Assembly: GCA_000320545.1 (NCBI GenBank)
Contig: ADNK01000032.1
Span: 1 to 55,708 of the forward strand
Source of the DNA: Bigelowiella natans CCMP2755
Lineage: Eukaryota > Protista > Cercozoa
DNA length: 55,708 nt
Direction of reading: 5' to 3'
Shown here: piece by piece, positions 26,521-40,978 of the stretch
Layout: each line of letters starts with the position of its first letter
How positions within the stretch are numbered: position 1 is the first letter of the stretch
Notes under the pieces: model-generated
Told to the model about the DNA's origin: nothing
Databases searched by the model: none
The model's input: the letters and a program-made list of their open reading frames with translations, nothing else
Made by a program: the position numbers and the translations under genes

Positions 26521-28046
26521 TACACACACACACACACACGTGCAAAATTTGAAATTTACTAAATATCGATACTCTAATTTCACAGATTCGAGTGCAGCAG
26601 CTTTGTGTGGCGATAAAGATCGATCTAAAAGTGCGCCGCGAAATGGTCGCCCAGTACCCAAGGGACCTGCAAGTCGTCGTAATAAACATGAGACGGAGGC
26701 TGGAAATCATGATAGATATGATTTCTCAGGGACTAGAGCAGCAGGTTCTTTGATTTCCCCATGAGAGAAGAAATAGAACCAATCAACTTCCTAAGGGGGG
26801 TTGGTTTTGTCTCGAAATATGATGATGTATCGTATGTATACGATGTGATGAATAAGCCCTCCTATCTGTGTTCTCCCTCCCCCTCAATACAACAAACCAG
26901 GAAAAGAGAGAAAGGATGACAGGGGCCGGTCATGGCGTGGATGGCAACAACAACTTCCTGCCTGGTGGGGTGAATGAGAAGAAATCAGCTCTGAAGCTGA
27001 AGAGAATCGAGGACTATGATTACAAGCCAAGAAAATCAAGCAGTAAACTGATATTGATGAAATCACTCACTCTACTTTTTGCTCATACAAAGCAATGCCT
27101 ATCGCTGAGCATAAAGCAGCAGCAGCAGCAGCATTAGCTGTCACATTATACTGATATATCCTGGTGACTTTACTTATGACAGGGAGGGGTAGGTCAATGC
27201 GCACGTTGACGAATTTCACGATAATACACAACAGCACGCACTTCCTAAGGGCGGTGCATGAGGTGCGACAGCAGGTGAAGCTGTTCATGGAGCGTCACGA
27301 GCAAGACATCGCGGCAAACCTATGCCAGCTCGCATCCGTTGGGGATCATCAAAACCTCAGACAGATGCTCTACGGGCTGGATCTTTCCGGCGACACGGGA
27401 GACTACGATGGGCGGGTGCCATTGCACCTCGCATGCAGCCGCGGCCATCTAGAAGCTTGTAAGGTGCTACTCAAGTATAAGGCGGACCCCTCGCACACGG
27501 ACAACTTCGGAGTCACGCCGCTGCAGGAGTGCGTGAATGGCGGCCATGACGAAGTTATAGCGTTCATGGTTCGCAAAGACGCCAAGCTCAAACTCCTGGA
27601 TGAAGGAGCGAGGATGTGTCAGGTTGTATGATGATGAATTCTGCTCTCCTTACGGCCCAGAGCGCGATTGTATAATGTCTGCTATGTAATATGTTACAAC
27701 GCTATATCCTTTACCACATCTTGAAAAACCCTCTCAGGTGTGCAACGATGGAGATATCAAAGAGCTGTCTCGTCTGCTGAAAGCTAGAGTCGATCCGAAC
27801 GCTTGCGACTACGATACAAGGTATGAGTAGATTCATGTGATGCCAACACACACTTACACTTACACTTACACTGGTACACACATTTGTATTTATAAAAGAA
27901 ATATGATATAATTTAGAGTATATTCATGCATACTTAATTCCATCACATATAGTACCTGCAGAATCACTCGCACGTTCTCTCTACACGCTCTTCACACATC
28001 CACACACATTATTCACGCATACACATATGTGCACGTGTGCGTGTGC

Positions 28047-28088
<42 letters not shown>

Positions 28089-28358
28089 TGTGTGTGTGTG
28101 TGTGTGTGTGCCTATATTCCCTATCAAATAAAAAATAGAACGGAGATCAACACAAACATATAATCTATTTGCTGTTATTGATTGTATCTCACATATTTGT
28201 TGTTTTCTGCTCGTCCTCAGGACGGGGCTTCACTTGGCAGCATGCGGGGGCAACTTTGCCGTTTGTAAACTTCTGCTCAGGCATGGTGCCGACCCAACGC
28301 TTAAAGACCGATGGGGAATTACACCAATTGACGAGGTGGTGAACCAGCGTAACAATAG

Positions 28359-28399
<41 letters not shown>

Positions 28400-29388
28400 G
28401 GATTGTGTTCTACAGAGTCTTCTGAAGTTGATTCCTTTCAAAAAAGTAGTACAAATAGTTCGTTTTTCGAAAGAAGAGAGGCCTGCAGAACGAAGTCGGG
28501 CACTTTTTCCTTTATTATCTCGCATGGGCAACGCCCTACCCTAGAGAGAAGGAAATAGAGTCGAGGATAATCAACAGGGCTTCACCTAACTATTCTTGGC
28601 TCCCTCAGGCGAATCGAACAAACAATGATGCAATCGAAACATTGTGCAAGGAGCACAGTCAACGCATGGAGACAAAGAAGCAATTTCATGAGAGAGCACC
28701 TAGAAGTACAAGGACAGCTAGAAATAACTTAAGAACGCCTAGAAGTAGAAGTAGCTCAAGAACGTCCAGAAGTAGAAGTAGCTCAAGAACGTCCAGAAGT
28801 GGCGCACGAACGCCCAGAAGTGGCGCACGAACGCCCAGAGCTGCGATTCTCTACTCAAACAATCCCACAATGTCGGTCGCAAGTTTCAGAGACGCGCATC
28901 GTAAAGTAACTACGGAGAATGATGAGGGAAGAGGCGAGGCACAGCAGCGGCGGTCGCAGCCGTCCTCGAAGGATATCAAGACCACAAAGAAAGATGATGC
29001 ATCATCATTAAATTCCAACAAAACTGCTACAGTGAACAAAGTGGATGATCCTGCAACCAAAACGTCAATAAGGAGCAGCAAAAAGCCCGAAGCTGCTGAA
29101 TCAAGTGCTATTCCCTCCGCCAAGGAAAAACAAGTCGGAAGTAAGAAAGCAGGGAAAGTGAAGACGACAACAGTAGTAGGCGGGAAGATTCCGAGCCTTC
29201 CTGTCGAATCAGACGAGCCAGTCCCCAATCGCAATGGTTCGCAGAACATTGGTAGAAGCAGCAAAAGGAATAAGACATCGAAAGTTGTCCCTCTGAATGT
29301 TCCAGAAACGACGCAAGACGGATCCGCCTCGCCGATACCACTAGCAAGTCCAAACGATATCGAGATGAAGCGATTACTTTCGAAATGA
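24534..29388 (+). CDS. Plant Shaker-like (AKT/SKOR-type) K+ channel: S1-S6, cyclic-nucleotide-binding homology domain, ankyrin repeats
   Basis: S4 [13 protein letters not shown]; pore [14 protein letters not shown] (25709-25729); S6 [15 protein letters not shown]; C-linker/CNBD ([10 protein letters not shown]...[17 protein letters not shown]); ankyrins [23 protein letters not shown] and [11 protein letters not shown]; low-complexity tail ending at TGA 29386-29388. Confidence 0.93.
28741..28836 (+). repeat. Coding tandem repeats 2x27 bp (RSRSSSRTS) and 2x21 bp (RSGARTP)
   Basis: agaagtagaagtagctcaagaacgtcc x2 followed by agaagtggcgcacgaacgccc x2. Confidence 0.9.
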
Positions 29389-29819
29389 AGTGATTACTTG
29401 CCAGCCAGCAGCGAAGACCTGATGGCAACGCCGAGTATATTAAGCGAATACTCTGCTTAGTATAGGAGATTATTTCTTTCCCAAATCTAAATGTACATTT
29501 GATTTTTAAAAAAAAATGAGCAAATGCGTATCGTTCCAACACAATTATTTCTACTCTGGCCAACCAATGAGCAGATTTAAGGCAATTTGTCAGCTTTCCG
29601 CGCCCATCAACATAGTTTCCCTTTAGTACCGTAACAACGTTCCCATTCACGAAGATATGAGCAGAAATGCGAACACTAGATCGTCCGTCCATTTCTCCTG
29701 AATTTAGATACTTCAATAGGACCTATATGTATACATGTTTGACATCTTAACAGAGACGGGACAAAACACATGTAAACATCACATCGTCCTTCAAGTTAAA
29801 ACATAATTTCTCCTATTTA

Positions 29820-30720
29820 AACTTGCCTGCCACATGTGCAGTCCACTGTGCACCAGACATCTAGAGTGCTACACTACAGCATGCGTTTCTGTGGCTAGGA
29901 ATGTCTAGACGTGTCTTTAGCACAGGGCCGATCGCATTGAAATGGTGCGTATGCGCTGGTAATTAGTGCCGCTTGCACGCAAGAGCACGTCGTGCACACT
30001 TGCCTTGCTTGCTTGTTCGGCGACGCGCGCTAGCGCCACGCTGAGAGATGGATGCAATGAATCAAATTGAATTTGTTCAATTGTCGATCATCCTCATGTG
30101 CTACATGCGCCACGTGGCTACGCGCACACTAGCTCCAACGGCTTGCTTGCAAGTGATGAAAAAGCGCATGATGTCGGCGCGTGCGCGGCAGCATGCTCTA
30201 GCTAGCTAGCTAGTAGTGCTGTGTGAACCACACCTGGCATTTGGTCATGACGCACGCGGTCGTCTCATGCATCATGCACACATGCGTGCGCGCACGATAT
30301 CGTATCGATGCTCATGCGAACATGATACAGGCGGCTAGCTAGTGAAAAGGTTGCGCACGCAAGAAAAAGTTCACGATAAATGCGTGGCGCTAGCTAGCTA
30401 GCATCGCAGTGTGTCAGTGTGTGGTCATGGTGCACTGCTTGGCACATCTAGACAGCACACATTCTAGCATTGTGGACACGCTAGCGCGTGATGCCTGGCA
30501 CGCGGAGCTAGTAGTGAGCGGGTCGCCAGCATGATAACACATTCAACCTGATGACTGAGCGGCCGCTGATGCAAGCTGGTCTTGCCGCCGCGTAGCTGTA
30601 GCTAGTGTCGTTGTCCGTCGCTAACTCTAGAACTGCTGCTGTGCATGCTCATTCCACAGTACTAGTGCATTCATAGCATCATTAGGCTGCAGCTGCGATT
30701 GTGCTAGCTGTAGCTACATG
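29820..30720. repeat. TpA-depleted, CTAG/CG-rich tract between convergent K+ channel and SART1 genes
   Basis: Several (CTAG)2-4 arrays (e.g. ~30198-30213, ~30390-30401) and GCGCGC/GTGCGC words. Contains the dispersed motif at 30045-30103. Confidence 0.75.
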
Positions 30721-30860
30721 AGATAAGCTCTTCATTCTTTTGAGATTTCCATTTGTCGTGATCCGAACCTTTTCTATGTACTCATGTAAGGATGTACGCC
30801 AGCTTATTTCTCAGCAGTATCTGCACACCATGCAGTGCACTATTCCGATAGCGAGCAATT

Positions 30861-31447
30861 CTAGTGATGAACCGAACGCGGATCATCATCTTTACGTGAT
30901 GAACTTCTAGCTTTTTTCCTTGCAGCCTTCTCTGCCGCCTTTTCTTTCTTTTTCTGCTTCTGTATGATGCAACAAGCATGTTCAGATCGTAGCAAACGGT
31001 TACACGAAATGATGATATCTGTCCGTTCATGAAGAAGTCTTTCTATGGCGTTCTGTGGTGTTACACCTTTCTTTTCCTCTTGGCTTGCTTCTGGGCCTCC
31101 TTCAACAGCTTCTCTCGGTCTTCAGCTGTCATCTTCTGATCGAGGACCATAAAGGCTTTACCAGACGCCTTCTGACGACTCTTCAGCTTTGAAATTGTAT
31201 GCGTAGGATCATCCACATTCCCTGTGGTGAGAAACACAAGAATAAGAATAAGAAGAAGAAGAACAAGAAGAAGAAGAAAGGCCATTTCGTCATGGTTAAC
31301 ATCCTAAGCAGGACTCATGAACAAACTGAGCAGATATTGCTATCGTTACCAATTTTCTTCCCCTTGAGCTCCTCAAGATACTTCTTCATCTTCTTCTCGC
31401 GCTTCAGTTTACCAGGAGCCTGGAGTTGTTGTTTGTCAGCGGCAAAT

Positions 31448-31489
<42 letters not shown>

Positions 31490-31516
31490 AGTGATCACAC
31501 AGAGTACTACAACTGA

Positions 31517-31564
<48 letters not shown>

Positions 31565-33591
31565 GAAAGTATCATCAACCTTTCCGTGGAACGCGTGAGA
31601 AAGTTTTCTGAATGCCTCCTTCTGGGACATGGGGCGGCCATATTCATCAGGATATTCCAGATTTAGGTTCGGAGCCGGATCAGCCTCCTTTTTCTTCTTC
31701 AACGCGTCCTCTAACAGCCCCCGCCGTTTGGCCAAGGACAACACGGCAGCAAGGCCACCAGAGGCCAACGGCTCGTCGTGGAGGAATTCCACATTATCAT
31801 CGTTGTTTTCATCGTTACCCGAAGCCTGGCCTTCTTCTTCGTCGTCTCCATCTTCGTCGTCTTCCTCTTCCATAGCTTTCACGTCGCCCCCGCCATCGAG
31901 CGCCATCGTGACGTCTTTCATCATCTCCTGGTTGTGGATGTCCATCTTGGAGGCCTTCTCCTTCTCCTTTGTCACCTATTAACCCGGAGAAGAAGAAGAT
32001 GATGAAGATCAATGAAAGAATGGGAAGAAGGAGAAGGAAAGAAGGTAATGAACCGATGTATTAGACATGCGCTGACGTACGGACAATATAATATTACTGC
32101 GGATGTAAACGTGTTGGTGTGTATATTAAGAGGGCGGGGAGGGTAAGTGGCGATGGACGAACGCAAAGGTAATCGATGGATCGTCGCGCACAAAACAATA
32201 TTTCAAGAGAATTAAATAAAACCACCTCTAGTCCGCGGCAAAATTCTGAAGTTGCCGATAAGATGATATTTTCTCCTTTTCTATAATTAAAGGGGGGGGG
32301 GGGGGGGGGGAGGACGTGTTAAGCACGTTTGCGTGGGAATTCTCCGAATTATGCTTAGCTACAGCTGCGTGCGGTGCAGCGTAACTTTCATCAGGGGAAA
32401 GGGGGGATAATGTAACACATGGCCTCCTCCTCCTCCCCCTCCTCCTCCTTGTCGTCGTCTTACTTTTCGTCCTCTGGTTTCACAATAGGCTCCTCCTTCG
32501 GAACGCTTAACACCGAGGCGGCCAGTTTTGCGGTCTTATCTTCCTTATCCTGTTGTAGAAGAACGAGTAGTAGACGAATCTCTCACGAACCAGCGGTGTG
32601 TGCGAGTGTGAGCGTGAGTGAGTGAGTGTGTGAGTGTGTGTAAGCTTTTTACATACTTGTGAATTTGAGGTAGGTTTAGTGCGAAGCAGTTTGATGATAG
32701 GATGGGAGATGTAATATCTATTCATATGATAAAATACCTTCGAACGAATCCTTTCCTTGCTCCCTTGCTCTCTCGCACGTTTAAGCGCAGATTGGAGCTG
32801 GATGTCAAATTTGTCCTCGTAGTCGAAATCGTCGTCATCGTCCTCGTCGTTGTTGCCTTTTTTTGGCAGCACAAATGACTTTGACTCCGCCTGTTGTTGT
32901 TGTTGTTTTCAAATGAGGCATGAAGAAGGCGTAAAGTGATAAACCATCATCATCATGTCTTCCGACGACGTACTACTCGTGGCCTCCTTACTTTGTTGAG
33001 CGCCTTCAAGTACCCCATGTCGGCCTCCTTCTTCTTCTTGGCTTTCTTTGCTGCAGTCTCTTTCTCCAGCTTGGTGTTTCCGGCGCTTCTTGAGCCGTGG
33101 TGTGCCTGCAAGAATGATGATAATGATGATGATCGTCTCCAAATAAATGCAATGAGCGATGCCGGCAAGGAAAAACAACACCACGAGACAGAAATATGAG
33201 TGACTGACCTAGGTATATTTAAAGATGAATATTATATGTTGCATTATGTTTATTTTTTAATTTATATGCAAAATAATCTAGTATTAGCAGTTCGCTTGAC
33301 CTGTCGTTCTTCATCGGTTGGTTCAGGTAGGAAGTCCAATGAGGTTGTCGTCTAGATGTGTGATTAGGAGGGGAGGGGGGTAGGAACAGGAATCCGTTGA
33401 ATATCGATGATGATGATGATGATATTGGATGATAATGGATGGATGATAAATATGTATCCTGCAGCAGTCGTAGTATATATTATAAATATATTGATTATCG
33501 TAAATGATAAGCAGGTTTTTCATGACAATGACTGGGTTATTCATCACAATGACTGGTGTTGTCCAATTTGCTCAATGGGTGATATGTATTC

Positions 33592-33627
<36 letters not shown>

Positions 33628-34281
33628 TGTGTATGTGGGCTTGCTTGCTTGCGCTAATTACCCTAATGGAGCGTTTCCCTCGTTTCTTCGATTTTTTCTT
33701 CCTCTTTTTCTTAAATTTTACAGTCTCTTCTGGCTTTTTGTAGTCAGAAACTGAAAATGATAGCAATAGTGTCAATACTCCTCGTTGGTTGTTCTACTGC
33801 AAATCCCAGAGGAGAGAGCACGCACATCCGCGACAAACAAACAAATACATATTATTATCGAAGAAGAAAGACGTGGAATAATCTTACTGATTTTTTCGCC
33901 AGTGTTGAGGGAATACAACGTCTTCCCTGCTGAAAAATTCGCTTTCTTTTTCTTTAGCTTCTCCCTGACACTGCAAAAAACAACACGAAGAACTGGTTAC
34001 GATTGCAGCCAAAATACAAAATAACATACAATATCTTATATGCGTATAACTTTCCGAATAAAAACTCCATATCAGTCGACACACGGGGATTCCTTATCAT
34101 TTTTATTCTCCTACTTCTTCTTTAATATGAACTGCAAGATGACAATGACGAAACGCGAACTCAAGAGGTACCGGGCCGCTCGCTGCTGTCTTTCTTCTTC
34201 ACTGTCAGGCTCTTCTTGGCCCAGACGCATACCTTGCTTTTGTTTCGGTTGATCCACATCCTAACAGCAAACGGCATTACC

Positions 34282-34316
<35 letters not shown>

Positions 34317-36047
34317 ATCTCTTTTGTGAACACCCATGTTATCCCCCACCCTGACAAAACGAACTGAACTCTCGAATATACGCTGCGCGACATATGTGGG
34401 TGTAACTAGGACTGCACTGGATATAACAACCACCTCATCGTATTGTGGCAGAATTCCTTGATCGTCCTTCTCACCGTAGACGTCATATTTTGGTTTTAGC
34501 AGCTGAGTAGGGAAGAGTAGTGTGTGTCATCATGATGAATTGATATTCAGAAGCTACTACCCAGTAATATATAAAGTAGTGATTCTGTTTCATTAGATGA
34601 GGAGATCATTGATCACGGAGGGACGGACCTTTTTCTTCGCCTCATTCAAGTTTTCATATTTCTCGTCGAGAGCCTGTTTTTATAATTGTGTTATCAGCGA
34701 TGTTTTAGCACGGAGAAATGGACGTCTTCAACAGGGGATACAGAGGGCAATCATCTTCGACAGACACGTTAACAAATTAAAACATATATCTTGAAATTGG
34801 GACCCGTAACATTCACCAAAAAAACTTAATCGGTGTTGTTATAACTTCAGTCCGAGTTTCTTCTTTTGTTCTTCAATTGTGCAATTTGTATTCGTTTTAC
34901 ACTGTACCATCTTGGCGTTTTGAAGAACATCCTCCTGCTCATTCAGTTCGACATCATCGAACCTCCCTGTGTCATAAAATAATGCAGCAATTCATTTAGA
35001 TATATAAGTGTGGCACATTAGCTCTAGTCTGTATCAAATCTGGAAAGAGATTGTATCCAAATTGACTTAAAATGCAATTATTATGTCTTCGAATCATCGT
35101 ATCATCGCACATACCACTCAGTATCGGCTCATCCTTTAACGTTAAAATAATCTCCGATCCTTCCTTAAAATCAGCTAAGTCGTGTTGCACCTATTTATAA
35201 TATGAATATTAGGGAGACTACTTGCATGCTCGGGAAAGAAAAAGTGCACCTTAATTCCCTTTAAATCTGCTGCGGAATAAGCAGCTTCCTCTTCATCCAA
35301 CTCGGCGTATTTATCTGCCATACTCTGAAAAAGAGTATAAGAAGTATGGAAATGAAAATTGCGTTTCCTGTGCAACATACGAATAGGCATCGCCTTCTAA
35401 TAACAATGAGTTATTACTTTCTGTTGCTCAATCTTTCGACTTCTTTTAATCCACTCGGCTGCGCTGCCACCAGTCACCTTTTAAAAAATAGCACGTCGTT
35501 CTACGTCGTCATAAACGCACTCAATATTAAGTCCTCACTTTGCCCAGCGTATCTCCGAGTGATTTTCCGGTGACCTTTTTCTTGTGCAACCTTTTCGCTC
35601 GCCTATATTTCCAATACATAGCGACAACAACTATTTTTGATAATGTTTTCTAGCGAGATAATACTAAAATCTGGATGTCTCACATTTTTTCAATCCGTTC
35701 TCGAGCTTCTTCATTCTCAGCTTCATCCGCAACTTTTTGTGCTGCCTTAACCCGAGCCCGCTGCTTCGCCTCCGCTCGCGCTGCTTTCTCTGCTTGTGAC
35801 ACGACTTTCAAAGGCTTCAAGCCCTAGAAATAGCATTTTTCTGGTCAGGAATATTTTCACAATGGTATTCTAGATATTCAGACGAACCAGCTTCTTTCTG
35901 AGTTCATTGGTGTCTCCCACGGACAAAGCTTCGACAGCCTTGTCGTCCGTAGTAGCGGAGTCCTGATTATCGCAGATTGTGATCTCTTACGGTTCCATTT
36001 CATTGCTATCTTTCAGGCAAGATTACCTTTCCTGCTCCTTTCCCCAT
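30861..36047 (-). CDS. SART1: U4/U6.U5 tri-snRNP-associated protein 1 (SART1/Snu66)
   Basis: HIND-type motif LSVGDTNELRKKLGLKPLKV; HDLADFKEGSEIILTLKDEPIL; GGLAAVLSLAKRRG; EYPDEYGRPMSQKEAFRKLSHAFHGKAPGK; QKASGKAFMVL. ATG at 36047, TAG at 30861-30863. Confidence 0.93.
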
Positions 36048-36761
36048 TTTAAAATTTGAGGTGAGAGGAATATGTGCGCCCTTTCAGCGAGTTTAGAAAC
36101 AGGAAGAGATGTGTGCAAACAATGTCCGCGCGAGGAGCTATTCCTTGTCCCAGGGTGGCGGCGTTGTATTAGCAATGTCCGATGCAGATCCAAAACACTG
36201 CTGCGACATAAATATTATCCGAAAAGTTCCTCAAAATAGATCCATCCTCCTAATCTTCCGCATTTTCAACTGCATTCTTCGCAAGACCGACATTGATTTT
36301 ATTGGCGTCGAAGGGTAATGGTAATTCCTTGTAGATCTAAGGGAAAAATCTTCTACAATTCTTTTCTCGAGCATGTCGTCATGCATGTATTCAGGCGGAT
36401 GCTCTATGAAAATATCACTCATTATGTAATCCCATAAGTGAATTGTTGCAGATGTTGTTCGAATAGCTTGTGCTATTTTCCTTTTGTGCTGGATATATCT
36501 GATGGTGTTTAGCCCACTGTGACAACCGTTGGTTCGAGAGGAAATATCTAGGTACGAGGAAGGGTGGTGGGATTCGGGTAATGCGAAAATTATCACGATC
36601 GCACATTAATATCATGTCGTAGAATATAAACACCAGTGATTTCATAGATATGCTCGATTTCTTTGGTGCTATTTTTCCATCTTGAGTAAAAGTAACACAA
36701 CGAAAGCATCCGGACTTCTACTTCCTTGGGGCTGACGAATTGCTTTTGGAGGCAAGTGATA

Positions 36762-39631
36762 ATGCGCTCCAAACCCCTCCTCCTTCTCCTCATCACATGT
36801 GGAGCTGTCGGGGCGTCGTTCGTGAACGATACCCTTGTGGATGGGAAGCCCAAGGTTTCGTTCATTTTGGCGAATACCTACGCACACTACCTCTTCGATT
36901 ACTCCCACGCCGCAAATGAAGCGCTCACTATCATGGTCACGCCCGTTAGCGGTGGAGACCCTGACCTTTACGTAAACGTTCAATCTCAAGGTAATTTTCC
37001 TTGTTTTTTGAAAGAGGGGAAAATAATTTTTCTCTGAAAAAACGTTATGACGTCACAAGCATTTTTTTCCGGAGTAAATAACAAAAAGCTGGACTCTTTT
37101 CTTTGTGGAAATACGATGTATTGCAACGGTGATGAATTGGACCCTGTTGTTAAATACTCAACGTAATTCTCGTGTGTCAAATGTTACACGTTATGATTTG
37201 GCAGATTTTCCGACAAGACAGAACGCGGAGCACAAGGGGCTTACAAACGGGCGTGATGTGGTGCTTATCCCGCCTTCACTGAGGGGTTCAACTATTCACA
37301 TTAGTGTTCAGGCCTACAGAGCCAACTGCAACGTTAGTATCGTAGCCCACTTCAGAGGCGAAGTGTACCTCAAAGACTCAATCCCGCAAGACGGTTACAT
37401 GCGCTCGCGCGATATGACATATTACATCTTTGATGCTGGTGCAACTGCAAGCGAAGCGGTGTTTGCTTATGCAAATATCCGAGGCTCTTCTGTCATGTAT
37501 GTCTCGGGTAACGGGAACCGACCGGATCGAGACAACTCCAGCACCTACATTTACAAAAGCTGGACCATGTTCCACCTGCCATTCGTGGTAAACAAGGCGC
37601 GGAGCCCGAAACTCTGGCCTGCAAATAACGTGTTCTACATAGCTATGTACGCTGTGACCAACTCCACCTACCGACTCATGGCCCGAACGAATGATAGATC
37701 CCACGCACTTCTCCAGAAAGGCGTCACGTTGACGGACAGCGTCGCTCCGCACGAGTATCACTACTACAAATTCCAAGCAGATAATGCCGGGTGCAACGTT
37801 TCCATCCAGCTAACCCCATTGTCAGGTGATCCAGACCTGTACGTGTCAACGACTTTTCCATACCCTAATTCATCCAATGCCGAGTGGATGTCCACTCGCA
37901 CAAGGCTCCAAGGCGATCAGGTCACCATTTACAACGCCGCCGTGGGTAAATACTGGATCGGCGTGCGCGGGTTCATGAACTCCACTTTCACCATTTCAGC
38001 GAGCATGATATGTGATGATGTGAATTCCACACACGCGACAATATTGCAAGATGGCATGCCGATCGAGGGCTCCCTTGACCGCGGTGATGTAAGGCTGTAC
38101 CGCTTCTCTGTCTCTGGAGCTACTACCGGGGTCTCATTCTCCGTCTCCGCGCACGCTGGTGACCCCGATCTCTACATTAAGCGCGGGAAGAAGTTCATTG
38201 ACCCGGACGAGGCTGATATGGCGGTCGAGACGTATGGGTCAGACTTCATCACGATTAGGCAGGGGGACCCTTTGTTCTGCCAGCATGGGTGTGACTACTA
38301 CGTGCTTGTAAAAGCTGCGGCCTCTGCGACTTACACGCTGACGGCCAAGCTGGCCTCCGGAGTCCTTGTTCTCCAGAATGGCGTGTCCACCGAGATCGAC
38401 CTCGACAAGCATGTTTACCAGTATGCGGTCGTGATGATGGACCAACCCGGCATGGATCTAACGATCTCTGTTACCGACCTCGCACGTGGTGACCCTGACC
38501 TTTACGTCTCAACCACAAACCTTCACCCGGGCAGGACCACCAATTGGACGTGGAAGTCAGAGACTATCGGTGCGGACTCCATTACGATTGCGGCCACGGA
38601 CCCCAATGCTTGCGGGGCTTGCAACTACTACGTATCCGTCTACGCCTTCACCCGCACGCATGTCAGCATCCTGGCGACTTGGGGCAAGGCCGTCGTGCTC
38701 AGGGACGGAGAACCGCAAGGCGGCTATGTTCCGAAGCATGGAACCGACTACTATGAGTTCACAGTGTATGGCGACCACGAGGACATCAGCTTCTTCTTGG
38801 GGGCCTCAGCGGGGCTTTCCGAGCTGTACATCTCGCAAACGGAGCGACCGCGTCGGGGTAATGCGAGCACGTACCAGTACTCCCAGTCCCACGACATCGC
38901 ATCCAAGTCGGTGCTAGTCGAGGCTGGGAGCAACACACACTGCACTATCCTCCACGGTGCCAGACGGATGCGGAGCATGTGCACGTATTACATCGCCGTG
39001 TATGGGTACACCGCCTCCAACTACTCGTTGGTTGCGTCCACGAACCATGCCGTGACCCAGCTGCAGAACAATCAGCCCATACAAGACCACATCGGCGCCC
39101 GCCTGTACGAGTATTTCAAGTTTTCCGTGTGGGAGCCAGGCTACGATCTCTCGATCGTCGTCACGAAGATCTCAGGAGATCCGGACCTCTACCTGTCGCG
39201 CGTGCACCAATATCCTAACCGCACGCAGCCGCACTCGCAGACGATAACCTCGAGGAGCATTGGGAATGATTCGTTCTTCATAGATAACGCAACGGTTGGA
39301 ACCTATTACATCGGCGTCTATGGCTACCGGTTTAGCACGTTCACGCTCCTCGCAAGTCTCACCAAGAGCAACGCTTCAAGTGAATGCAACGCTACGACGT
39401 CCGGGCTGAGCTGTGATGTTATGACTCTCATCAATGGTCAGCCGCAGAGTGGCAAGCTGCACAAGCATGGATGGAGGTGATCCCCCCCCCCCCCACCCCC
39501 CCCTCTAACACGCATATTGATTGTTCCCCCCACCCTTTAACACACACGTGTTAATGGAGTGTTTGTGGAATAAACTGTAGTCTCGTCATGCAAACCCAAC
39601 CCACCTTCTCGCCCCCCTCATCACCTTTTGC

Positions 39632-39662
<31 letters not shown>

Positions 39663-40419
39663 TATCAGATATTTCCGGTTCGTGGTGACCGACAACAGCA
39701 CGGAGGTAGCGTTCGCCCTTCTACGGGTTATCGGCGACCCGGATCTGTACGTCAAGTACGGGGCGCTGCCCACGCGGCACAGCTACGATAAGCACTCCGT
39801 GCGCTACGGACGGGATTTTGTGAACTATCGCTTTCCCAAGGTCGGGGTGTACTATGCGGGCATCTATGCGTATTCGAGCTGTACATTCACTATAAGAGCG
39901 TCTACCAGAAACATCGCACAAGCGCTGCAGGCGGACGTTGCGATCCAGGACACCGTGAACAAGCACGAGAGTGTGCAGTACTACTACGACGTCGCGGATC
40001 GCCAGCACGACCTGTCGTTCATCCTCACGCCGTTGTCTGGTGACCCTGACCTGAACGTTACCCTGCACGGCCAAGTATACACGTCACACTACTGGCTCGA
40101 GGACTCGGTGACCATTCCGCATTCAGACTTGACGCACTTATGCCAGACGACCACATCTACTTCGTGCCGTATTCTAATCACAGTACGCGGTTTCACGGCT
40201 GCGAGCTTCACGCTTCTCGCGACCTCATCGAACGAGACTGAGCTTGTTCATGACGTTCCGCAGGCAGGTTCTGTGCACCGCAATCAATATAAGTACTACA
40301 CCTTCCACGTCGCTGCCTCGACCTCCGTTACCATCACAGTCACGCCGACCCGTGGCCAGCTTGCGCTGTTCGTCGCGCAAGGACTCGAGCCTCCCACCGC
40401 CACCCACAACACCATTGTC

Positions 40420-40451
<32 letters not shown>

Positions 40452-40939
40452 GAGTAGTAGTAGTAGGAGTAGCTAAATCATGATGATGATTATGATGATA
40501 ATAATGACGATGGTGATAGTAATAACGATGGCTGGAATCAATAAATTTCTTCACACCCTCACTATCGTACGAACTATCTATCCATCCCCCTTTCAACAGG
40601 CCGCACCGTTCACGTACGGAGGAGCTCACCTATCATTCGTTGCTGGAAACCATGGGGGTTGCCAAAACGATGGCGAGAGCGACATCACGATGTGCACGTA
40701 CACGATCGGCGTAAGGGGAATGAGCCATGCAGCAGCAGGCGTCGAATACGCAACAGAGTACGTGTACGTGTACGTGTATGTGTGACTGAGTGTGTGGGTG
40801 TGCGTGCTGCACATACACATTTGTTAGTACTTCATCGTGGTAGTAGTAGTAGTTTAACCGTACCATGGACCTACGGCAATAGGCAGACTGAAGAAACAGA
40901 GAGAGAGAGAGAGAGAGAGTAAGCAAGATGATCACGTGG

Positions 40940-40978
<39 letters not shown>

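Noticed and set aside
29820-30720. CpG methylation decay or fungal-type RIP as the cause of the TG/CA-rich tracts
   Set aside because: CG is abundant and TA is depleted. 5mC deamination removes CG and RIP generates TA.
36231-36710. 121-aa minus-strand ORF (36231..36596) with a possible in-frame upstream exon between SART1 and the PPC gene
   Set aside because: No recognisable motif and it lies in a short divergent promoter region, so it cannot be supported without expression data. If real, it would be a 3' end lacking a CTAG tract.
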